Made by a program: the position numbers and the translations under genes. This document shows positions 16,681-33,700 of a stretch of DNA of 64,000 bases, piece after piece. The notes beneath the pieces were generated by a model. The model was given only the letters and a program-made list of their open reading frames with translations. It made no database searches and was not told where the DNA came from. The stretch covers positions 34,286,001 through 34,350,000 of the forward strand of contig OZ024748.1 in the NCBI GenBank assembly GCA_964016885.1, written 5' to 3'. Origin of the DNA: Eledone cirrhosa. Its lineage: Eukaryota. Each line of letters begins with the position of its first letter. Within the stretch, counting starts at the first letter, position 1.

Positions 16681-19600
16681 ACACTCTTACACTCCCCACT
16701 TTGACACAACACCACACCACCACACTCTCACACTCCCACATTGACACAACACCACAGCACCACACTCTCACACTCCCACATTGACACAACACCACACCAC
16801 CACACTCTCACACTCCCATATCGACACAACACCACACCACCACACTCTTACACTCCCACATTGACACAACACCACACCACCAAACTCTTACACTCCCCAC
16901 ATTGACACAACATCACACCACCACACTCTCACACTCCCCACATTGACACAACACCACACCACCACACTCTTACACTCCCCACTTTGACACAACACCACAC
17001 CACCACACTCTTACACTCCCCACATTGACACAACACCACACCCCCACACTCTTACACTCCCACATTGACACAACACCACACCACCACACTCTCACACTCC
17101 CACATTGACACAACACCACACCCCCACACTCTTACACTCCCACATTGACACAACACCACACCACCACACTCTCACACTCCCACATTGACACAACACCACA
17201 CCACCACACTCTTACACTCCCCACATTGACACAACACCACACCCCCACACTCTTACCCTCCCCACATTGACACAACACCACGCCACCACACTCTCACACT
17301 CCCCACATTGACACAACACCACACCACCACACTCTCACACTCCCATATCGACACAACACCACACCACCACACTCTTACACTCCCACATTGACACAGCACC
17401 ACACCACCACACTCTTACACTCCCCACATTGACACAACACCACACCACCACACTCTCACACTCCCACATTGACACAACACCACCACAATCTTACACTCCG
17501 CACATTGACACAACACCCCACCCCCACACTCTTACACTCCCACATTGACACAACACCACACCACCACACTCTCACACTCCCACATTGACACAACACCACA
17601 CGACCTCACTCTTACACTCCCACAAGAACACAACACCACACCACCACACTCTTACACTCCCACATTGACACAACACCACACCACCACACTCTTACACTCC
17701 CCACATTGACACAACACCACACCACCACACTCTCACACTCCCATATCGACACAACACCACACCACCACACTCTTACACTCCCACATTGACACAACACCAC
17801 ACCACCACACTCTTACACTCCCACATTGACACAACACCACACCACCACACTCTTACACTCCCCACATTGACACAACATCACACCACCACACTCTTACACT
17901 CCCACATTGACACAACACCACACCACCACACTCTTACACTCCCACATTGACACAACACCACACCACCACACTCTTACACTCCCACATTGACACAACACCA
18001 CACAACCACACTCTTACACTCCCCACTTTGACACAAACCACACCACCACACTCTTACACTCCCACATTGACACAACACCACACCACCACACACTTACACT
18101 CTCACAAGAACACAACACCACACCACCACACTCTTACACTCCCACATTGACACAACACCACACGACCACACTCTTACACTCCCACAAGAACACAACACCA
18201 CACCACCACACTCTTACACTCCCACATTGACACAACACCACACGACCACACTCTTACACTCCCACAAGAACACAACACCACACCACCACACTCTTACACT
18301 CCCCACATTGACACAACACCACACGACCACACTCTTACACTCCCACAAGAACACAACACCACACCACCACACTCTCACACTCCCATATCGACACAACACC
18401 ACACCACCACACACTTACACTCCCACATCGACACAACATCACACCACCACACTCTTACACTCCCACATTGACACAACACTACACCACCACACTCTTACAC
18501 TCCCACTTTGACACAACACCACAACACCACACACATACACTCTCACATTGACGCCACACCACACCACCACACTCTTACACTCCCACATTGACACAACACC
18601 ACACCACCACACTCTCACACTCCCATAAGAAAACAACACCACACCACCACCCTCTCACACTCCCACATTGACACAACACCACACCGCCGCACTATTATAC
18701 TCCCACATTGAAACAACAACACCACACTCTTATACTCCCACAGTCACACAACACCACCACACTCTCACACTCCCACATTGACACAACACCACACCACCAC
18801 ACTCTTACACTCCCACATTGACACAACACCACACCACCACACTCTTACACTCCCACATTGACACAACACTACACCACCACACTCTCACATTCCCACATTG
18901 ACACAACACCACACCACCACACTCTTACACTCCCACATTGACACAACACCACACCACCACACTCTCACACACCCACAAGGACACAACACCACACCACCAC
19001 AACCTCACACTCCCACAAGAACACAACACCACACCACCACACTCTAACACTCCCACAAGGACACAACACCACACCACCACACTCTCACACTCCCACATTG
19101 ATACAACACTACACCACCACACTCTTACACTCCCCACATTGACACAACACTACACCACCACACTCTTACACTCCCCACATTGACACAACACCACACCACC
19201 ACACTCTTACACTCCCACATTGACACAACACTACACCACCACACTCTTACACACCCCACATTGACACAACACTACACCACCACACTCTTACACTCCCCAC
19301 ATTGACACAACACCACACCACCACACTCTCACACTCCCACATTGACACAACACCACCACAATCTTACACTCCGCACATTGACACAACACCCCACCCCCAC
19401 ACTCTTACACTCCCACATTGACACAACACCACACCACCACACTCTCACACTCCCACATTGACACAACACCACACCACCACACACTTACACTCCCCACTTT
19501 GACACAACACCACACCCCCACACTCTTACACTCCCCACATTGACACAACACCACACCACCACACTCTTACACTCCCACATTGACACAACACCACACCACC

Positions 19601-19980
19601 ACACTCTCACACTCCCACATTGACACAACACCACACCACCACACTCTCACACTCCCACATTGACACAACACCACACCACCACACTCTCACACTCCCACAT
19701 TGACACAACACCACACCACCACACTCTCACACTCCCACATTGACACAACACCACACCACCACACTCTTACACTCCCCACTTTGACACAACACCACACCAC
19801 CACACTCTTACACTCCCCACATTGACACAACACCACACCACCACACTCTTACACTCCCCACTTTGACACAACACCACACCACCACACTCTTACACTCCCC
19901 ACTTTGACACAACACCACACCACCACACTCTTACACTCCCCACATTGACACAACACCACACCCCCACACTCTTACACTCC
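12560..19980 (+). repeat. Duplicated block of about 2.2 kb (about 12560-14800 and 17740-19980), offset 5176
   Basis: ORF pairs 12771/17947, 13038/18214, 13263/18439 and 13749/18925 are all offset by 5176. Confidence 0.85.
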
Positions 19981-22900
19981 CACATTGACACAACACCACA
20001 CCACCACACTCTCACACTCCCACATTGACACAACACCACACCACCACACTCTTACACTCCCCACATTGACACAACACCACACCCCCACACTCTTACCCTC
20101 CCCACATTGACACAACACCACGCCACCACACTCTCACACTCCCCACATTGACACAACACCACACCACCACACTCTCACACTCCCATATCGACACAACACC
20201 ACACCACCACACTCTTACACTCCCACATTGACACAGCACCACACCACCACACTCTTACACTCCCCACATTGACACAACACCACACCACCACACTCTCACA
20301 CTCCCACATTGACACAACACCACCACAATCTTACACTCCGCACATTGACACAACACCCCACCCCCACACTCTTACACTCCCACATTGACACAACACCACA
20401 CCACCACACTCTCACACTCCCACATTGACACAACACCACACCACCACACCCTTACACTCCCCACTTTGACACAACACCCCACCCCCACCCTCTTACACTC
20501 CCACATTGACACAACACCACACCACCACACTCTCACACTCCCACATTGACACAACACCACACCACCACTCTCTTACACTCCCCACATTGACACAACACCA
20601 CACCACCACACTCTTACACTCCCCACTTTGACACAACACCCCACCCCCACACTCTTACACTCCCACATTGACACAACACCACACCACCACACTCTCACAC
20701 TCCCACATTGACACAACACCACACCACCACACTCTCACACTCCCACATTGACACAACACCACACCACCACACCCTTACACTCCCCACTTTGACACAACAC
20801 CCCACCCCCACACTCTTACACTCCCACATTGACACAACACCACACCACCACACTCTCACACTCCCACATTGACACAACACCACACCACCACACTCTTACA
20901 CTCCCCACATTGACACAACACCACACCACCACACTCTCACACTCCCACATTGACACAACACCACACCACCACACTCTTACACTCCCCACATTGACACAAC
21001 ACCACACCCCCACACTCTCACACTCCCACATTGACACAACACCACACCACCACACTCTCACACTCCCACATTGACACAACACCACACCACCACACTCTCA
21101 CACTCCCATATCGACACAACACCACACCACCACACTCTTACACTCCCACATTGACACAACACCACACCACCACACTCTCACACTCCCACATTGACACAAA
21201 ACCACACCACCACACTCTCACACTCCCCACTTTGACACAACACCACACCACCACACTCTTACACTCCCACATTGACACAAAACCACACCACCACACTCTT
21301 ACACTTCCCACTTTGACACAACACCACACCACCACACTCTTACACTCCCACATTGACACAACACCACACCCCCACACTCTTACACTCCCACATTGACACA
21401 ACACCACACCACCACACTCTCACACTCCCACATTGACACAACACCACACCACCACACTCTCACACTCCCACATTGACACAACACCACACCACCACACTCT
21501 CACACTCCCACATTGACACAACACCACACCACCACACTCTCACACTCCCACATTGACACAACACCACACCACCACACTCTTACACTCCCCACTTTGACAC
21601 AACACCACACCACCACACTCTTACACTCCCCACATTGACACAACACCACACCACCACACTCTTACACTCCCCACTTTGACACAACACCACACCACCACAC
21701 TCTTACACTCCCCACTTTGACACAACACCACACCACCACACTCTTACACTCCCCACATTGACACAACACCACACCCCCACACACTTACACTCCCACAAGA
21801 ACACAACACCACACCACCACACTCTTACACTCCCACATTGACACAACACCACACCACCACACTCTTACACTCCCACATTGACACAACACCACGCCACCAC
21901 ACTCTCACACTCCCATATCGACACAACACCACACCACCACACTCTTACACTCCCACATTGACACAACACCACACCACCACACTCTCACACTCCCACATTG
22001 ACACAACACCACACCACCTCACTCTTACACTCCCACAAGAACACAACACCACACCACCACACTCTTACACTCCCACATTGACACAACACCACACCATCAC
22101 ACTCTCACACTCCCACATTGACACAACACCACACCACCACACTCTTACACTCCCACATTGACACAACACCAAACCACCACACTCTTACACTCCCCACATT
22201 GACACAACACCACACCACCACACTCTCACACTCCCATATCGACACAACACCACACAACCACACTCTTACACTCCCCACTTTGACACAAACCACACCACCA
22301 CACTCTTACACTCCCACATTGACACAACACCACACCACCACACACTTACACTCCCACAAGAACACAACACCACACCACCACACTCTTACACTCCCACATT
22401 GACACAACACCACACGACCACACTCTTACACTCCCACAAGAACACAACACCACACCACCACACTCTTACACTCCCCACATTGACACAACACCACACGACC
22501 ACACTCTTACACTCCCACAAGAACACAACACCACACCACCACACTCTCACACTCCCATATCTACACAACACCACACCACCACACACTTACACTCCCACAT
22601 TGACACAACATCACACCACCACACTCTTACACTCCCACATTGACACAACACCACACCACCACACTCTTACACTCCCACTTTGACACAACACCACAACACC
22701 ACACACATACACTCTCACATTGACGCCACACCACACCACCACACTCTTACACTCCCACATTGACACAACACCACACCACCACACTCTTACACAGCCATAA
22801 GAAAACAACACCACACCACCACCCTCTCACACTCCCACATTGACACAACACCACACCGCCGCACTATTACACTCCCACATTGAAACAACAACACCACACT

Positions 22901-25900
22901 CTTATACTCCCACAGTCACACAACACCACACCACCACACTCTCACACTCCCACATTGACACAACACCACACCACCACACTCTTACACTCCCACATTGACA
23001 CAACACCACACCACCACACTCTTACACTCCCACATTGACACAACACTACACCACCACACTCTCACATTCCCACATTGACACAACACCACACCACCACACT
23101 CTTACACTCCCACATTGACACAACACCACACCACCACACTCTCACACACCCACAAGGACACAACACCACACCACCACAACCTCACACTCCCACAAGAACA
23201 CAACACCACACCACCACACTCTAACACTCCCACAAGGACACAACACCACACCACCACACTCTCACACTCCCACATTGATACAACACTACACCACCACACT
23301 CTTACACTCCCCACATTGACACAACACTACACCACCACACTCTTACACTCCCCACATTGACACAACACCACACCACCACACTCTTACACTCCCACATTGA
23401 CACAACACTACATCACCACACTCTTACACTCCCCACATTGACACAACACCACACCACCACACTCTTACACTCCCACATTGACACAACACTACACCACCAC
23501 ACTCTTACACTCCCCACATTGACACAACACCACACCACCACACTCTCACACTCCCACATTGACACAACACCACCACAATCTTACACTCCGCACATTGACA
23601 CAACACCCCACCCCCACACTCTTACACTCCCACATTGACACAACACCACACCACCACACTCTCACACTCCCACATTGACACAACACCACACCACCACACT
23701 CTTACACTCCCCACTTTGACACAACAGCACACCCCCACACTCTTACACTCCCCACATTGACACAACACCACACCACCACACTCTCACACTCCCACATTGA
23801 CACAACACCACACCACCACACTCTCACACTCCCACATTGACACAACACCACACCACCACACTCTTACACTCCCCACTTTGACACAACACCACACCACCAC
23901 ACTCTCACACTCCCACATTGACACAACACCACACCACCACATTCTCACACTCCCACATTGACACAACACCACACCACCACACTCTCACACTCCCACATTG
24001 ACACAACACCACACCACCACACTCTCACACTCCCACATTGACACAACACCACACCACCACACTCTTACACTCCCCACTTTGACACAACAGCACACCCCCA
24101 CACTCTTACACTCCCCACATTGACACAACACCACACCACCACACTCTCACACTCCCACATTGACACAACACCACACCACCACACTCTCACACTCCCACAT
24201 TGACACAACACCACACCACCACACTCTCACACTCCCACATTGACACAACACCACACCACCACACTCTTACACTCCCCACATTGACACAACACCACACCCC
24301 CACACTCTTACACTCCCACATTGACACAACACCACACCACCACACTCTCACACTCCCACATTGACACAACACCACACCACCACACTCTTACACTCCCCAC
24401 ATTGACACAACACCACACCCCCACACTCTTACCCTCCCCACATTGACACAACACCACGCCACCACACTCTCACACTCCCCACATTGACACAACACCACAC
24501 CACCACACTCTCACACTCCCATATCGACACAACACCACACCACCACACTCTTACACTCCCACATTGACACAGCACCACACCACCACACTCTTACACTCCC
24601 CACATTGACACAACACCACACCACCACACTCTCACACTCCCACATTGACACAACACCACCACAATCTTACACTCCGCACATTGACACAACACCCCACCCC
24701 CACACTCTTACACTCCCACATTGACACAACACCACACCACCACACTCTCACACTCCCACATTGACACAACACCACACCACCACACCCTTACACTCCCCAC
24801 TTTGACACAACACCCCACCCCCACACTCTTACACTCCCACATTGACACAACACCACACCACCACACTCTCACACTCCCACATTGACACAACACCACACCA
24901 CCACACTCTTACACTCCCCACATTGACACAACACCACACCACCACACTCTTACACTCCCCACTTTGACACAACACCCCACCCCCACACTCTTACACTCCC
25001 ACATTGACACAACACCACACCACCACACTCTCACACTCCCACATTGACACAACACCACACCACCACACTCTCACACTCCCACATTGACACAACACCACAC
25101 CACCACACCCTTACACTCCCCACTTTGACACAACACCCCACCCCCACACTCTTACACTCCCACATTGACACAACACCACACCACCACACTCTCACACTCC
25201 CACATTGACACAACACCACACCACCACACTCTTACACTCCCCACATTGACACAACACCACACCACCACACTCTCACACTCCCACATTGACACAACACCAC
25301 ACCACCACACTCTTACACTCCCCACATTGACACAACACCACACCCCCACACTCTCACACTCCCACATTGACACAACACCACACCACCACACTCTCACACT
25401 CCCACATTGACACAACACCACACCACCACACTCTCACACTCCCATATCGACACAACACCACACCACCACACTCTTACACTCCCACATTGACACAACACCA
25501 CACCACCACACTCTCACACTCCCACATTGACACAAAACCACACCACCACACTCTCACACTCCCCACTTTGACACAACACCACACCACCACACTCTTACAC
25601 TCCCACATTGACACAAAACCACACCACCACACTCTTACACTCCCCACTTTGACACAACACCACACCACCACACTCTTACACTCCCACATTGACACAACAC
25701 CACACCCCCACACTCTTACACTCCCACATTGACACAACACCACACCACCACACTCTCACACTCCCACATTGACACAACACCACACCACCACACTCTCACA
25801 CTCCCACATTGACACAACACCACACCACCACACTCTCACACTCCCACATTGACACAACACCACACCACCACACTCTCACACTCCCACATTGACACAACAC

Positions 25901-28560
25901 CACACCACCACACTCTTACACTCCCCACTTTGACACAACACCACACCACCACACTCTTACACTCCCCACATTGACACAACACCACACCACCACACTCTTA
26001 CACTCCCCACTTTGACACAACACCACACCACCACACTCTTACACTCCCCACTTTGACACAACACCACACCACCACACTCTTACACTCCCCACATTGACAC
26101 AACACCACACCCCCACACTCTTACACTCCCACATTGACACAACACCACACCACCACACTCTCACACTCCCACATTGACACAACACCACACCACCACACTC
26201 TTACACTCCCCACATTGACACAACACCACACCCCCACACTCTTACCCTCCCCACATTGACACAACACCACGCCACCACACTCTCACACTCCCATATCGAC
26301 ACAACACCACACCACCACACTCTTACACTCCCACATTGACACAACACCACACCACCACACTCTCACACTCCCACATTGACACAACACCACACGACCTCAC
26401 TCTTACACTCCCACAAGAACACAACACCACACCACCACACTCTTACACTCCCACATTGACACAACACCACACCATCACACTCTCACACTCCCACATTGAC
26501 ACAACACCACACCACCACACTCTTACACTCCCACATTGACACAACACCAAACCACCACACTCTTACACTCCCCACATTGACACAACACCACACCACCACA
26601 CTCTCACACTCCCATATCGACACAACACCACACAACCACACTCTTACACTCCCCACTTTGACACAAACCACACCACCACACTCTTACACTCCCACATTGA
26701 CACAACACCACACCACCACACACTTACACTCCCACAAGAACACAACACCACACCACCACACTCTTACACTCCCACATTGACACAACACCACACGACCACA
26801 CTCTTACACTCCCACAAGAACACAACACCACGCCACCACACTCTTACACTCCCCACATTGACACAACACCACACGACCACACTCTTACACTCCCACAAGA
26901 ACACAACACCACACCACCACACTCTCACACTCCCATATCTACACAACACCACACCACCACACACTTACACTCCCACATTGACACAACATCACACCACCAC
27001 ACTCTTACACTCCCACATTGACACAACACCACACCACCACACTCTTACACTCCCACTTTGACACAACACCACAACACCACACACATACACTCTCACATTG
27101 ACGCCACACCACACCACCACACTCTTACACTCCCACATTGACACAACACCACACCACCACACTCTTACACTCCCATAAGAAAACAACACCACACCACCAC
27201 CCTCTCACACTCCCACATTGACACAACACCACACCGCCGCACTATTACACTCCCACATTGAAACAACAACACCACACTCTTATACTCCCACAGTCACACA
27301 ACACCACACCACCACACTCTCACACTCCCACATTGACACAACACCACACCACCACACTCTTACACTCCCACATTGACACAACACTACACCACCACACTCT
27401 CACATTCCCACATTGACACAACACCACACCACCACACTCTTACACTCCCACATTGACACAACACCACACCACCACACTCTCACACACCCACAAGGACACA
27501 ACACCACACCACCACAACCTCACACTCCCACAAGAACACAACACCACACCACCACACTCTAACACTCCCACAAGGACACAACACCACACCACCACACTCT
27601 CACACTCCCACATTGATACAACACTACACCACCACACTCTTACACTCCCCACATTGACACAACACTACACCACCACACACTTACACTCCCCACATTGACA
27701 CAACACCACACCACCACACTCTTACACTCCCACATTGACACAACACTACATCACCACACTCTTACACTCCCCACATTGACACAACACCACACCACCACAC
27801 TCTTACACTCCCACATTGACACAACACTACACCACCACACTCTTACACTCCCCACATTGACACAACACCACACCACCACACTCTCACACTCCCACATTGA
27901 CACAACACCACCACAATCTTACACTCCGCACATTGACACAACACCCCACCCCCACACTCTTACACTCCCACATTGACACAACACCACACCACCACACTCT
28001 CACACTCCCACATTGACACAACACCACACCACCACACTCTTACACTCCCCTCTTTGACACAACAGCACACCCCCACACTCTTACACTCCCCACATTGACA
28101 CAACACCACACCACCACACTCTCACACTCCCACATTGACACAACACCACACCACCACACTCTCACACTCCCACATTGACACAACACCACACCACCACACT
28201 CTTACACTCCCCACTTTGACACAACACCACACCACCACACTCTCACACTCCCACATTGACACAACACCACACCACCACATTCTCACACTCCCACATTGAC
28301 ACAACACCACACCACCACACTCTCACACTCCCACATTGACACAACACCACACCACCACACTCTCACACTCCCACATTGACACAACACCACACCACCACAC
28401 TCTTACACTCCCCACTTTGACACAACAGCACACCCCCACACTCTTACACTCCCCACATTGACACAACACCACACCACCACACTCTCACACTCCCACATTG
28501 ACACAACACCACACCACCACACTCTCACACTCCCACATTGACACAACACCACACCACCAC
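19950..28560 (+). repeat. Tandem duplication, unit about 4.34 kb
   Basis: ORF pair offsets are 4336 (20372/24708, 20816/25152, 21031/25367), 4378 (22105/26483, 22386/26764) and 4338 (23102/27440, 23784/28122). The shifts of about 40 bp indicate whole-monomer indels. Confidence 0.88.
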
Positions 28561-30737
28561 ACTCTTACACTCCCCACTTTGACACAACACCACACCACCA
28601 CACTCTCACACTCCCACATTGACACAACACCACACCACCACATTCTCACACTCCCACATTGACACAACACCACACCACCACACTCTCACACTCCCACATT
28701 GACACAACACCACACCACCACACTCTCACACTCCCACATTGACACAACACCACACCACCACACTCTCACACTCCCACATTGACACAACACCACACCACCA
28801 CACTCTTACACTCCCCACTTTGATACAACACCACACCACCACACTCTCACACTCCCACATTGACACAACACCACAGCACCACACTCTCACACTCCCACAT
28901 TGACACAACACCACACCACCACACTCTTACACTCCCCACTTTGACACAACACCACACCACCACACTCTTACACTCCCCACATTGACACAACACCACACCA
29001 CCACACTCTTACACTCCCCACTTTGACACAACACCACACCACCACACTCTCACACTCCCATATCGACACAACACCACACCACCACACTCTTACACTCCCA
29101 CATTGACACAACACCACACCACCACACTCTTACACACCCACATTGACACAACACCACACCACCACACTCTTACACTCCCCTCATTGACACAACATCACAC
29201 CACCACACTCTTACACTCCCACATTGACACAACACCACACCACCACACTCTTACACTCCCACATTGACACAACACCACACCACCACACTCTTACACTCCC
29301 ACATTGACACAACACCACACAACCACACTCTTACACTCTCCACTTTGACACAAACCACACCACCACACTCTTACACTCCCACATTGACACAACACCACAC
29401 CACCACACACTTACACTCCCACATTGACACAACACCACACCACCACACTCTTACACTCCCACATTGACACAACACCACACGACCACACTCTTACACTCCC
29501 ACAAGAACACAACACCACACCACCACACTCTTACACTCCCCACATTGACACAACACCACACGACCACACTCTTACACTCCCACAAGAACACAACACGACA
29601 CCACCACACTCTCACACTCCTATATCGACACAACACCACACCACCACACACTTACACTCCCACATTGACACAACATCACACCACCACACTCTTACACTCC
29701 CACATTGACACAACACCACACCACCACACTCTTACACTCCCACTTTGACACAACACCACAACACCACACACATACACTCTCACATTGACGCCACACCACA
29801 CCACCACACTCTTACACTCCCACATTGACACAACACCACACCACCACACTCTTACACTCCCATAAGAAAACAACACCACACCACCACACTCTTACACTCC
29901 CACATTGAAACAACAACACCACACTCTTATACTCCCACAGTCACACAACACCACACCACCACACTCTCACACTCCCACATTGACACAACACCACACCACC
30001 ACACTCTTACACTCCCACATTGACACAACACCACACCACCACACTCTTACACTCCCACATTGACACAACACCACACCACCACACTCTTACACTCCCACAT
30101 TGACACAACACTACACCACCACACTCTCACATTCCCACATTGCCACAACACCACACCACCACACTCTTACACTCCCACATTGACACAACACCACACCACC
30201 ACACTCTCACACACCCACAAGGACACAACACCACACCACCACAACCTCACACTCCCACAAGAACACAACACCACACCACCACACTCTCACACTCCCATAT
30301 CGACACAACACCACACCACCACACTCTTACACTCCCACATTGACACAACACCACACCACCACACTCTTACACTCCCACATTGACACAACACTACACCACC
30401 ACACTCTCACATTCCCACATTGACACAACACCACACCACCACACTCTTACACTCCCACATTGACACAACACCACACCACCACACTCTCACACACCCACAA
30501 GGACACAACACCACACCACCACAACCTCACACTCCCACAAGAACACAACACCACACCACCACACTCTCACACTCCCATATCGACACAACACCACACCACC
30601 ACACTCTTACACTCCCACATTGACACAACACCACACCACCACACTCTTACACTCCCACATTGACACAACACCACACCACCACACTCTCACACTCCCACAT
30701 TGACACAACAACACCACACTCTTATACTCACACACTC

Positions 30738-33700
30738 ACACAACACCACACCACCACACTCTCACACTCCCAGATTGACACAACACCACACCACCACACT
30801 CTCACACTCCCACATTGACACAACACCACACCACTACAATCTCACACTCCCACATTGACAGAACACCACAACACCACACTCTCACACTCCCACATTGACA
30901 CAACACCACACCACCACACTCTTACACTCCCACATTGACACAACACCACACCACCACAACCTCACACTCCCACAAGAACACAACACCACACCACCACACT
31001 CTTACACTCCCACAAGGACACAACACCACACCACCACACTCTCACACTCCCACATTGATACAACACCACACCACCACACTCTTACACTCCCCACATTGAC
31101 ACAACACTACACCACCACACTCTTACACTCCCCACATTGACACAACACCACACGACCACACTCTTACACTCCCACATTGACACAACACTACACCACCACA
31201 CTCTTACACACCCCACATTGACACAACACTACACCACCACACTCTTACACTCCCCACATTGACACAACACCACACCACCACACTCTCACACTCCCACATT
31301 GACACAACACCACCACAATCTTACACTCCGCTCATTGACACAACACCCCACCCCCACACTCTTACACTCCCACATTGACACAAGACCACACCACCACACT
31401 CTCACACTCCCACATTGACACAACACCACACCACCACACTCTTACACTCCCCACTTTGACACAACACCACACCCCCACACTCTTACACTCCCCACATTGA
31501 CACAACACCACACCACCACACTCTCACACTCCCACATTGACACAACACCACACCACCACACTCTCACACTCCCACATTGACACAACACCACACCACCACA
31601 CTCTCACACTCCCACATTGACACAACACCACACCACCACACTCTCACACTCCCACATTGACACAACACCACACCACCACAAAATCACACTCCCACATTAA
31701 CACAACACCACACCACCACACTCTAACACACCCACAAGGACACAACACCACACCACCACACTCTCACACTCCCACATTGACACAACACCACAGCACCACA
31801 CTCTCACACAACCACATTGACACAACACCACACCACCACACTCTTACACTCCCCACTTTGACACAACACCACACCACCACACTGTTACACTCCCCACATT
31901 GACACAACACCACACCACCACACTCTTACACTCCCCACTTTGACACAACACCACACCACCACACTCTTACACTCCCCACTTTGACACAACACCACACCAC
32001 CACACTCTTACACTCCCCACATTGACACAACACCACACCCCCACACTCTTACACTCCCACATTGACACAACACCACACCACCACACTCTCACACTCCCAC
32101 ATTGACACAACACCACACCACCACACTCTTACACTCCCACATTGACACAACACCACACCACCACACTCTTACACTCCCCACATTGACACAACATCACACC
32201 ACCACACGCTCACACTCCCCACATTGACACAACACCACACCACCACACTCTTACACTCCCACATTGACACAACACCACACCACCACACTCTCACACTCCC
32301 ACATTGACACAACACCACACGACCTCACTCTTACACTCCCACAAGAACACAACACCACACCACCACACTCTTACACTCCCACATTGACACAACACCACAC
32401 CATCACACTCTCACACTCCCACATTGACACAACACCACACCACCACACTCTTACACTCCCACATTGACACAACACCAAACCACCACACTCTTACACTCCC
32501 CACATTGACACAACACCACACCACCACACTCTCACACTCCCATATCGACACAACACCACACCACCACACTCTTACACTCCCACATTGACACAACACCACA
32601 CCACCACACTCTTACACTCCCACATTGACACAACACCACACCACCACACTCTTACACTCCCCACATTGACACAACATCACACCACCACACTCTTACACTC
32701 CCACATTGACACAACACCACACCACCACACTCTTACACTCTCACATTGACACAACACCACACCACCACACTCTTACACTCCCACATTGACACAACACCAC
32801 ACAACCACACTCTTACACTCCCCACTTTGACACAAACCACACCACCACACTCTTACACTCCCACATTGACACAACACCACACCACCACACACTTACACTC
32901 CCACAAGAACACAACACCACACGACCACACTCTTACACTCCCACATTGACACAACACCACACGACCACACTCTTACACTCCCACAAGAACACAACACCAC
33001 ACCACCACACTCTTACACTCCCACATTGACACAACACCACACGACCACACACTTACACTCCCACAAGAACACAACACCACACCACCACACTCTCACACTC
33101 CCATATCGACACAACACCACACCACCACACACTTACACTCCCACATTGACACAACATCACACCACCACACGCTTACACTCCCACATTGAGACAACACCAC
33201 ACCACCACACTCTTACACTCCCACTTAGACACAACACCACACCACCACACTCTTACACTCCCACATTGACACAACACCACACCACCACACTCTTACACTC
33301 CCACTTCGACACAACACCACACCACCACACTCTTACACTCCCCACAAGGACACAACACTACACCACCACACTCTTACACTCGCACAAGGACACAACACCA
33401 CACCACCACACACTTACACTCCCACATTGACACAACACCACACCACCACACTCTTACACTCCCACTTCGACACAACACCACATCACCACACTCTTACACT
33501 CCCCACAAGGACACAACACTACACCACCACACTCTTACACTCCCCATAAGAACACAACACCACACCACCACACTCTTACACTCCCACAAGAACACAACAC
33601 CACACCACCACACTCTCACACTCCCACATTGACACAACACCACCACACTCTTACACTCCCACATTGACACAACACCACACAACCACACTCTCACACTCCC

